Shown here piece by piece: positions 12,252 to 24,030 of a stretch of 64,000 nt of DNA; position 1 is the stretch's first letter, and each line of letters starts with the position of its first letter. The position numbers and the translations under genes were made by a program. Below the pieces are notes generated by a model, which saw only the letters and a list, made by a program, of their open reading frames with translations, ran no database searches and was not told where the DNA came from. The stretch comes from Ruditapes philippinarum (Eukaryota): contig NW_026852009.1 of assembly GCF_026571515.1 (NCBI RefSeq), positions 1-64,000 of the forward strand, given 5' to 3'.

Positions 12252-15067
12252 TCATATAAATTATAAATGTTCAATTATCAGAAATCCTATTAGAGCATGT
12301 AGAGCAAACCTTTCTCAGAGACAGCCGTGAGATAAAAAAGTAATACAAATATTAAATTTTGACTAAGATGCCATATATTTTATAATACTAGACATTTATC
12401 TATTTATTAAAATAATGAAAATATCATTCATTCAAAAGAGCCATCAAATCGTTTAATCTGATTATAATTTAAATAAATAATTTATTATATAAAACAAAAT
12501 ACTGAAGAAATTAAACATTCTGGCATTTTGCTGCTAACCGATTTCGAAAAGGCTTTAATTTTTTGCCTTGCGTTTGTGTAAATAAATCGTGTGACATTGT
12601 AAGTTTGGATAAGATAAGACAAAAGATAGTTTAGCATTTTCCTAAGACTAAAGATCGGATTTCAGCAAAATTTAGCTGATACAAAGTTAATTTTTTATAT
12701 TTTATATGTAAAGGTAAAGGATAAGCCATGTAAGGTTGGATAAGGTTAAAAATATTATGAGGTAAAAAAAACAACAAAAAATCAATCAAAATACGATGCA
12801 GGACTTTATATGGGATATTTAAATGCGCTTATAACGGCATTAAAATGCTTTGGACAGGCGAATGACAATGAGCAATGGAAAATGTCCAGGTATTGTCTCT
12901 AAATTGATAGATTTAGATAAACTGCTAAATTGTGTTCTCATTACCTAGACACCATAACGAATTCCTGCACAAACTTATTTTTGAAAGATAATTTTAATGG
13001 TTTTGTTCAATTATGTTAAAAGAATGTGCTCTATTTTGATACATTGATAGACTATCCATTGTTTTATAACCCAAATATTGTGCTTGGTAAAAAAAATATA
13101 AAAAGTTATGGGTTTATGCTGGCGTTTAGTGTATAGCTCATACGTGTGAGATGAATTTGATAATTTTGATTTTATATGATATCCAAGTATTCATAAGCTG
13201 CGTTTATTTAACATGGTAGGTAACTGATTCTGACTTTATAAATGTGATTTTACTATGTGAATAAGTGATATAAAATAAATTTCAGGAATTTACTGTTTCA
13301 CGTTAAACCCACTGAATAGGCATTTCAAAACTTTATAGACAATGAAAGTACATATTACATGTTCTTTCTTTATTTTCATTCTAAGAAATTGACAGATCCC
13401 TACTCCGACTGGTCATATAACAAAAGATTTAACCATTTACATTGACATGAGCTCTTTTTGTCAGCAAATACGTTGTTGTGAAATGTTAATTGTGATATGA
13501 TAATTAGAATAAGACAAGCTCAGGATCTATGCACAGCATAGCATAGTGTATGTAATCTATCCGTTTATGTGAAAAGAGCTTGTAAAATTTCCTAAAACTA
13601 GGTTTATCATTCTGTCATTGCTATGACACTTATTTGGATTAGATATAATTATTTTGTTATCACCGATACTAGTGTGCGAACATGACCAAAATAGATTATT
13701 TATAAAAAAAGTATATGCGTTATCAAAACAGTTATAATATAACCGAGAACCCGATAAGATAAACTTGTTATTCTTTTGTATATCACTCTTGCTTAATGCC
13801 ATGTATGCTGTATATTCACATGTATATGTGATGTAAAGGAAGTGTTTTGTTAAAATTTTAAATCATAAAAATGCCCCTATTTTGTAATGATATCGCAATT
13901 GATAAAGATCATGATAAACAAATACCATTTAAACTTCCTGTTTTAATATGACACGCAACATTTCTTTCGGTATTATTTCTTTTTCTTCCACTGCCCTTAG
14001 GATGACCGTTTGGGTGCTGGTGATTGTAGGAATTTGCGTTTTGTGAATGTTGCTCCACTTCGTTGATCTTTATGCTTTAATTTAAATTTTGATTATCATT
14101 ATGTTAACCCCTCTTTTTTTGCAATTTCTTAAAGTGAATATGGTCTGCTTTTATGATAATAAATCAATGTGAAAAATGTTTTCCCTAACATCTATTTTTT
14201 TGTTTAACCTAACAGCATTTTTTGTGTATCGATTAGAGCAAAAAATACATGGGCCACAGCTTCCAGAAAGAAAGGGACAACTAAGATATGACAATGCTAA
14301 TTGTTGATTCTGTTGTATGTTCTCATTCGTTGATATTTGACTTCTTTTAATAACCAATAAAGTTTTTTTTCTATTTTACTGACCACATTATACTCATGTA
14401 TTATATGTAAATCTAAAGTTTGTTTGAGAATAAGTGTGACATTATAAATTCCTGTATCACTTTAATATACAACGTTTTTTTAGAAACAACCATACCCTTT
14501 TTAGTTTAATTAATTTATCAAAATTGAAAGTGTTAATATGTTTGTGATCTGCCTAGATAAGATATGAAAAAAGGTACGTTGATAAATGACAAAAATGTTT
14601 TATCAAAAATATCGATATTATAGATAATAACATTGTTGATCATGCATTAATTAAAGATGTGTGATGGATAGTGTTAGCATATGGTATGTAGCTTTTAATT
14701 ATTCATAATTATACTAACAGTATAAGTATTTGTCGATTGTAACAGTTCCAAATATCATCCCTGATACCTCGGGACAACAGTTTGACTGTTCCACAAAGAC
14801 CCATGAAATAATTGTTTTTATACTCTGATGCTTTGCAATCAAACTATTTTATATGTTGCAACAACACACCAATAACATTTTTACAACCGTTGTGTAATTG
14901 TGAACCGCTTACAACTAAATGCCACCAACGTTTGGTTTTCTAAAACCACTATAAAGCTGAGCGACGTTCAACTACCGAATAGTGACCGACGGCGTTAACG
15001 GAAATACCCGGTGACAGCAATGAAACATTTTTTAAAAATGTTGACCGGTCAACAGTTCATTTCATCA

Positions 15068-15896
15068 TGTGGTAATTCATTTATTGTTTACATATACAGT
15101 CAAACTGAATATACAATATATCTTCTAAGTTCTCTATTGAAGTCAACTTTAATCAAGGCACTGAAATGACATAATAATAACAATGTTTGCACATATAATA
15201 TATACAATCAATAAACATAGCATTTAATAAACATCTTATTACTATAGACATTAAGATCACTAAATGATTAAAGCATTTGTACTCTTATGTCTTACCAGTT
15301 AAACATTACACGTATAATGTTTACATTATTACAAAAGGTATAAATACCAACATACTCTTATACTTACAGATCTAAGGGATCTTAAGCCTATTCCACAATA
15401 AACCAATGACAAATTAGAATCTATATCACTTCACTTCACATCACATACATCCTGTCTCACGTGATGGTTAACTGTGAACAAGATTAAAACATATAATACA
15501 TGCTGGTTATAAAAATATAGAATTGAAAGAGAAAGTCAATGACTGCCATTTTGGAACATTCAACGCGCTGTAAAATACAACATATCAAATAAACCGAATA
15601 ATAAATAATCATTTCAGCCATCACAAAACTACCTTAAATACTTCTCACAAACACTTGGATAGCTCAACCAAATGTAAATCATATAAACAAGTTCAAATTA
15701 ACAGAATGTTCTCTACATCAACCCTGTAAACCCTTTTCAAAACCTGCACAACATTCCCGCCAAACTCTCGCGAGATCACACAGAAAACAAGAAAATAAAA
15801 GACCAGCAAGAACTTATCAAAACCTAAAGAAATAAAACACCAGAAAGAGCTGACACGTTTCATAATACTGTCATACAAAAATATGACCCTGCTACA
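15068..15896 (-). repeat. 3' LTR (829 bp; lacks the terminal 31 bp present in the 5' LTR)
   Basis: Matches 27398-28226 with about 10 substitutions counted by eye; adjacent to the PPT. Confidence 0.93.
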
Positions 15897-16665
15897 CACT
15901 CCTGCTCCTTGGAAAATGACGTCTCGTCATTTAACATTAAACATCTTCATCAAGATATAACATATTGAATGTTTAAGTAACATAATGACATAATCATTAA
16001 TGAACATTCATAAAATACAGTCTGCTTTTAGGCACATAAGCTGTTACTGAAAATAATTATGAATATACATAAACTTTACATTATATGTCAACTGCTACTT
16101 CTGCTCTCCCCTGAAAAAAAATTTGTGTCTCTACAATTTAAAATAAAATAAAATGTATTAAACATACAAAGGTAAAATAGTCTTATGTTTACAAGCGTTT
16201 ACACATAATTCCAGATGAATTGTTTTCATTAGACTTAAATTCCACATGAATTCTCGGGAATTTTCTCCACTATGAATAATCAATAGTTAAATTCCACATC
16301 AATTCTTCAGTATTTTCTCCAGTATGAATTGTCAACACTATTTCCTAGGAATATTCATTAGTTTCTTATTGTATCAGTATGAATTGTCAGATTCTTACTG
16401 CATTCTCATATTTTCACCAGTATGAATTTTCATATGTTGACTTTACATTCTACTTCTATTGCAATTCAAACACCTTCCAGTATGAATTATCATCACATGT
16501 TGTTGAAACACCTTCCAGTATAAATTATCATCACATGCTGTTTATAAATGTTTATTCACTTTATTCTTACTGGCACATTTCTAAAGAACCCCGGTAATAC
16601 ACAATTCTCAGTCAATGATAAACAATAGTTTGGAATTCTGAACAAATTGATAAAATTTCAAATCA

Positions 16666-19600
16666 CTATTTCATGATGGCATCTATGAGTTTAGATGAAA
16701 TATCCGCATTCACTTTTTCTAAAATTCCTGAAGATACAAGATTGTCTAAAGCTTGTAATCTATCCACAGATCTATGTGACATTTGATTTATTTGATAGTC
16801 ACTGTACCATGAAGGATTTTTTCTGTCTCTTCCAGATCTTCTGGGTAAAACAATTGTTTTTTTCTTCTTCTTATTGTCTATAGTCGGATCGAGTTCCTCT
16901 TCTTTTTGGGTTGTGTCATTGTTTGTTTGTGTTGTTGTTTCAGGTGTGTCGTCATTTTGAATAACTGATCCTTCTTCCTCTTCTGTATGTTTTCCTAATT
17001 CTTAATCAAATTTTGTATGACTGTCTGTAGGACTGTCCGTAAAATCGATGATTTCTTCTATGTCTTCTTCTTCTGTGTGTATTTCTAATTCTTCATCTGA
17101 TTTAGTATGACTGTCTGTGGGACTGTCTGTTAAATCGATAGTATCTTGTATGTCATCACTGTGGGTACCCAATTCTATTGTCTGTTTTGATGTTTCTTTA
17201 TCTTTGATTTCTTCAGTCAATTTATCAAACAATTCTGTGTTAGCTGGAGTCTGAGCGTCCTCAGAAATGCTTGTAGTTATTACAAACTCATCTCCAGAAT
17301 CTTCACTATCTGCTACTGTATATGTGACGTCACTTAATGTCTTCTCTTTTGAAATCTTTTCTTCTTTTTCTTCCATTCTGTCTTTTTTAATTAAGTTTCT
17401 ACGCTTAGGTATAGGTCTTCTTGTCTTTATCATAGCATCACTTTCCTCTTGGTCTGTTTTATTGTGGATAAAACCCAATGGGAAAAGATGATTGCTATGT
17501 AGAGTTTTAGTATCTCCAGTATGTGATTTGACGACAAACACCGGTATTTCTTTATTAGGTTGATCAATGACTTCATATGTATCTTTTTCGAATTTGTCCG
17601 AAATCTTATGTTTTCCATCGAGTGCCAAGATCTTGACTAATACTGTATCTCCTATATCTATTCTGACTGCTTTTGCTTTTTTATCGTAATTTGATTTTTG
17701 TTTTATTTTGGCTTTTTCAATGTTCTTATTCACTATTTCTTGGGTAACTCTCATTCTTTCCTTTAGTTTCTCAACATATTCTACTTGTGATGATGAATTT
17801 TCATTATTCTGTGTTCCAAAGAGCGAATCAACTGGCAGAACAGGTTTTCGACCGAACATTAACTCAAAAGGCGAATACTTTGTGACTTCGTGTTTTGTTG
17901 AATTATAAGCATGAACTAGCGTTGGTAAATATTTCTTCCAATCAGATTTCTTTTCAGGCTCTAATGTTCCGAGCATATCAAGTAATGTTCTGTTGTACCG
18001 CTCAGCACTCCCATTACCCATGGCGTGATAGGGTGTTGTCCTTGATTTGTCGATATTAAACAATTTGCAAAGTTCTTTGATAGTTTCAGATTCAAAGTTT
18101 CGACCTTGGTCAGAATGTAATCGTGTTGGAATGCCATAGTGAACAATAAAATTTTCATATAGAGCTTCAGCGGTAGATTTAGCAGTTTGATTCTTTGTAG
18201 GAATAGCTAAGGCATATTTACTAAAATGATCTGTTATCACTAAAACGTTGCTTATCCCGCCTTTACAAGGATCGACTGTAAGGAAGTCCATACAGACTAG
18301 TTCTAATGGGTATGTAGTTATCACATTCACTAAAGGTGCTCGTATATTTGTTGATGTCTTTCTTCTTAAGCATCGATCACAAGTAGTAATGTATTGCTCA
18401 ATATCAGCTGTCATTCCCGGCCAAAAAAATCGTTCACGAACAAGAGACATTGTACGATCTCTGCCAGGATGGCCAACGTCGTTGTGTAATCCCTTAAGAA
18501 CTGTTTCCTTGTAAACATTTGGTAATACAAGTTGCTGTATTTTATTTTCTCCATCTGTGATTTCCCTGTATAAAATGCCACGAATCATCTTAAAGTTATG
18601 GAAGTTCCTTTTCATAGTTTGGTATTCTTTTGTGTAATGTTTGTTACATGGATATCTGTTATCTATAGTTGCTCTAACCCATTTACCTATTACGCTATCT
18701 TCTCGTTGATTTCTTCTGATTTCCCTACTTTCAATTTGAGCAAAAGGTTGACCTTGTGTATAAGTAACGTCTACAATATTTATTGAAGCTGCTGGAAGAA
18801 TTTCAATGAAAGCTGGCATCTGATTTGATGAACAAATTGTTTCACTGTACTGTCTGCTATCTTGATTAAATTTGAGTCAGATTCTGTAATTTGGTCGTAC
18901 GGATATCGGGACATCCCATCAGCATCTGCGTTACGTAGTCCTGCTCTGTATATGATGTCAAAATTATACTGTCCAAGAGCTGATGCCCAACGTTGGCCTG
19001 TAGCATCTAATTTGGCTGAAGTTAACACATGTGTTAAAGGATTGTTATCAGTGAAGACAGTGAATTTGTTGGTGACCAAATAGTCCGAGAATTTTTCTGT
19101 GACTGACCATTTTAACGCAAGAAATTCAAGTTTGAATGCCGAGTAATTTTTTTCCGAACGAGTTAGACTGCGACTAGCATAGGCGATGACTCTTTTTTGA
19201 TTGTTCTGTGTTTGGTATAATATAGTACCAATACCTTTCGTCGAGGCATCTGTATGAAGTTCGAATGGTTCACTAAAATCAGGATATGCTAAAATAGGTG
19301 GAGATGTCAAAAATAACTTTCAACTCTTCAAATATCTTTTGTTGTTCACTTCCCCATTTCCATTCAAGTTTTTGTTTCTGTTTTGTTTTCTTCTCTGATG
19401 TAGGAGGTAAAAGTTCTGTAAGAGGCTTCGTTATTTTGGAAAAGTTCTTTGATAAATCTGCGATAGTAAGAAGCAAATGCGATGAATGAACGAAGTTGGT
19501 CAGAGTTTTCTGGTGTTGGCCATGTGCGTACTTTTTCAATCTTATCCGGATCTGTTTCAATACCATCTTTGCTTACTACATGTCCTAAAAATTTAACCCT

Positions 19601-20280
19601 TTCTGCCATAAAGTAACACTTGTCTGCCGAAAGTTTGAGATTGCATTCTTGAAGCCTTGTCAGTACCTGATTAAGTCGTTCTAAATGTTGTTCAAAGGAA
19701 TCGCTGAAAATTATCAAGTCGTCAAGATATATGATGCAGATCTTCATGTTAAGTTCACCAAGACATTCTTCCATTAACCGTTGGTATGTTGCAGGAGAGT
19801 TCGAGAGTCCGGAAGGCATTTTTACATATTCAAAAAATCCAAGAGATCCTACGGTAAAAGCAGTTCTTTCTTTATGTGAGTCTTCCATTTCGACTTGATG
19901 GTAGCCGCTTTTCATGTCTATAGTTGAAAATATTTTTGAACCTTTGAGAATGTCAAACACTTCTTCTATTCTAGGAATTGCATAAGCATCTTTGACTGTT
20001 CTTTGATTTAGCATTCTATAGTCAACACACATCCTTAACTTGCCGTTCTTTTTCCTAACTAAAACCACATTGCTAGCCCAGGGAGATTTTGATTTTCTTA
20101 TCACACCACTGCTTAGAAGTTGTTCCAAATGCCGTCTCACTTCATCAATCATAGAAGGAGGAATTCGTCTGTGTCTCTGTTTAAAAGGTACAGGATGTAT
20201 AAGGTCTATTCTGTGCTTGATTTTGTTGCAGTAGCCAATATCAGTTTCACTAGTAGAGAAGATGTTCTTGTGTTTTTATA
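16666..20280 (-). pseudogene. pol: Gypsy pol (RT, RNase H, integrase) broken by frameshifts and a premature stop
   Basis: RT: SPWASNVVLVRKKNGKLRMCVDYR, YLDDLII (19364-20152). RNase H: FELHTDAS...LEFLALKW...VFTDNNPL (18780-19310). Integrase: HHCC (LHNDVGH...CDRC), DFL...TDHFSK, LHSDQGRNFE, GNGSAERYNRTL (17002-18819). The tail continues past the TAA at 17002 to PRRSGRDRKNPSWYSDY...AIMK* (16666). Confidence 0.93.
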
Positions 20281-22420
20281 AAAGTAGTCTTATCTGTTTG
20301 TCTTGTTCATGAGTCAAAGTTTCTATATGTTTCAAATATGTTGTAGGTGGTAGTATTCTCTTCATTGTTGTAGTGTTATACAGGTTGAAGTTCAGCTTCG
20401 GTGAACTGGTAATGTTGTGAGACAAGTTGGTTAACAGACGATTCTCGTTCATCTGTAAACAAATGAGTAACCGAGTAATATCAATGAAGTTTGGAAGTGA
20501 GACTGCTCTGTTTCTTGAAGTATCGGCCAAGTTGATTATAATTAAGTTCTTTGTATGTGTAACCTTTAATGCTTTTTTGACTGGTTAGGATATATGGTAA
20601 CTTTTGGAAGTTTCAGCATTTCTCACTATAGCTATTCTATCCTTGTTCCTTTTCAGTTCCTTTTCTCTGATTGTAATATAACGGAATGATAGATACCAAG
20701 GTGTATATAATCCAGCTGTTTGTAAATAATTTTCTCCTAAATTCTGTTTACAATCTTTCATCAATTCATTTAAGATGTTATTGTACCATAGAAGTAAGCG
20801 TGTCGTTGTTGTTGTAAGCATGTGTTTGGCCATATAAGAGAAATAGGCAAATTGTTCTTTACAATGGATTCCCATTTGATGATACATGTTGTTTCATATA
20901 ACCAAGGTATGGTAATTGTAGTTACCATCCCTGAACAATGTCTATGTTTGAAAATTCATAAACTAGGTGAGAGAGGTTTGTATTAAGTTGGCGTTCATAA
21001 ACAGGATAGCTGATAGTATTATACAATCTGTGATCTATCAGTGCCTGTTGTAGGAATTTTGTTTGATAAAATGTATGCTTCAATCTTGACTGTCACAACT
21101 TTAAATTAGGACCTTGTTTTCCATAATGCCGCTGTTGGTCCTATGCAGACATTTTTAGTTTAAAGGTCTGACAATAATGGCTATTTATGTCCCTGGTTTT
21201 TACTTGGTAGCAAGTAATATGGAAGTCATGACTCGACATATATCTGTTACTTGTCTAAACTGTTATGTACCATAAGGGACGAATATGATGTTAAATAATT
21301 CTCCTCTAACGCACACCTCTGTTAAACTGACCTCAATAACAAATTTCTCTTCATATGTCGACTTCCTCAATCCATCTACCTTGCTATGTGTTAAATTTCG
21401 ATTCATTACTCCTTTTCCATGTTTTAATTATTGACTTCTATCAATTCTTACTTTGATAAAAGTTCCCTTTGACCGTCGACCTAATTCTGTCACTTTTCAG
21501 GTTTCACTTCACAGCATGACACTTTTCCACGTTGTTCTATTATTCTGTATCAGAATCCATTCCACTTTCAAAATTTTTCTTACTTCCACTTTAATTTATC
21601 ATAGTCACGAGACTGTTTCAAATGTAAATGCAACTTTGTTTTCAAGTGGCTGTTTTTTAAGTCCCAGAATAAAAAATACAACTTTTCAAGTTCCTTCATT
21701 TTTGGGAATGCGAGCATGCATACAATTTCCCCTGCATTGTGAATATTTCTCTAATTGGCGTAATTTTAGAGACGACTGATTCCATTTTGTCTCTTGTTAC
21801 TGGCATAAAATTTCTGTCAATTATTGATTCCTTGGCTCTATATCTCCACTAGTGCTTTCCAAAATTTACGCATTAAAATCATCAATAGTACACCTGGGTT
21901 CCACACTTTTCTCATGAATAGTTGCCGCTTCTCCTTTTTAACACTTTCGTAATACAAGTAAACTTGTTCTGGTATGTATATGTTTTCCATCTTAATCAGG
22001 ACAACATATCTCATATTTCCATGTAGAAATAGTGTTACTTCTCCTTTTCCCTGTTCTCCGCTTAAACAAGGATCATCCTTCGGAAATTTAACTGCTAATT
22101 ATCAGTTAGTTTCCTCTTTAAAGAGGGTTTTTCCAGTATCCCATGTTTTAGTAAAATCGGGGTTACTCCTTCCATTATGTAATGTTTCATAATAGAAACA
22201 AAGATCATCCATTGTTTCAACTTCATTTGGAGGTTCTTTCAAACTTGTGCATTTAATTCTAAATGCTTCAAGTTCTCTTGATTGTTAATTTTTGCCAGGA
22301 TCCACTGTAGTGCTGTATTCTCTCCTTACGTCACTTTGTCTCAAAGACAGATTTCAACTGAGCACAATTAAACGGCACTGGTCGATATCACAATTCAAAA
22401 TCACAACACAATACTGGTAA
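20280..22420 (-). pseudogene. Heavily disrupted gag-protease region of the Gypsy element
   Basis: Position upstream of RT; short recognisable peptides (QTAGLYTPWYLSFR; garbled QALID near 21040); no continuous ORF. Confidence 0.55.
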
Positions 22421-22449
22421 TCTCAAAAATATCTTCCTTCTTTAAATAT

Positions 22450-22920
22450 TCAAACTATGTATTTCACTTTATCACTTCAATCGCTCAATTCTTCACTATA
22501 TATATTCAATTACTTTCATTTCTATTTCAACACTTCAATATCTGGTCTCGACTATCTTCAAAACAACTATAAATTTCTTCTATTATATATTCACTTTTGT
22601 CAATTTATACAATCAACTTCTAAGTTTCACTTCTGTTATCTCTATCACTTCACAATATTCAATTCAAATAAATCAAGTTAAATTCAATCTAACTCGAATT
22701 TCACTTTCCTAAATTCAATTATATTCTACCTTCACAGTCTAATTTCCATTCAATTTCATTTTCACCTTCTTATTTCAATTCAATTTTCACCTTCCAATTT
22801 CAATTCAATTCTATTTTCACCTTATTTCATTTAAATTCTACTTTCACTTTCACATTTCAATTCAATTCTACATTCACCTTTCAATCGCGGCAGAACGATT
22901 CGCGTTTCAACTTTCAAAAC
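22450..22920. repeat. Degenerate TTCAA/TTCAC-rich low-complexity tract in the Gypsy 5' leader
   Basis: Repeated ttcaattc, ttcacttt and ttcacctt motifs. Confidence 0.7.
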
Positions 22921-24030
22921 CAAATTTATAGTGTATGCATCCACTATTTATTTATTTAGAGCTCTAATATTAATTCCGAAATTAATTTAAAAATTAATTC
23001 CAGAAAATGTTATTATTTTAAATGATGATTGAGATAAATATTTATCTCAACACCCTTATAAATATATATTTTGTTTAACTTTAGAGATCAGTTCCAAAAT
23101 TAATTATCAATTATTTTAGAAAATTAATTATTTTAATGATGAATGAAATAATTTTCTATTTCACACACCCTTATAATTATTTCCTGAACTATTTCAGAGA
23201 TGTAACACAGATTTCTTTCAATAATATTCAATTTTATAACATTTTATTTATAATCAGTATTCAAAGGCAGATTACTCCGTAATACCTGAAAACAATAATA
23301 TGTGATTCACTATAAAGTTTAATTCAATGAAAAGACAACTCCGACCTGACTGAAAACAATAACATATGACTTACTATGAAGTTTAATTCAATGAAAAGAC
23401 AACTCTGGGCTGACCAAAATCAGGAAGTTCAAAAATCAGAACACACAAGTCCAAAAATAAAACAGAAAAAGATTCCAAGATCAAATGAACAACTTCAAGT
23501 CACTAGTGAGTCTATACAGCTTGGAACTCAGCACTGTTTATGAAATATTATATGATGGCTGAAATATAACCTTAGCAAAAAAATTCTTGTTTACTTATAA
23601 AATAATTTACTTTATTACTTAAATTTAATGTTCCAATATAGCAGTCACTATAGAGTAGTTAAACAGAAGATAATAAGAGAAAGAAATTACTAGTTTGTGC
23701 AGCTTACTGGTTAGTTCCCTTCACCTATCAGTGTACCAAGTGAAATTCTTTCATTCAGCATACAATATCACACCCTGTAGATAACAAAATAACAATTTAT
23801 TAAATATATATCCAAACATATTTTCCTGCAAAATATTAAAAATTATATATGAATATTTATTACAGAATTAAATTTTCAGTGCCAAAGATTATATTAAATC
23901 CAAAGATTATATTAAATACTTTTTTAAAAATATATACTTGAAATAATAAATACTTTTGCAAAAATTCAATAACTAAACACTACTTAAATAGAAAGTTCAT
24001 CCAAAAAGAGTTTTTACAATGTTCACTGTT

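Larger units (their letters stand above)
7261..15067 (+). repeat. Direct segmental duplication: 7261-10527 repeated at 11766-15067; 10528-11671 has a diverged counterpart at 28227-29200
   Basis: Near-identical sequence runs from atttcgacattgtggc (7261/11766) to aacagttcatttcatca (10527/15067), and continues on the far side of the Gypsy insertion. Confidence 0.92.

Noticed and set aside
15693-15899. Hydrophobic ORF duplicated at 28023-28292
   Set aside because: Lies within the LTRs; duplication reflects LTR identity, not a gene.
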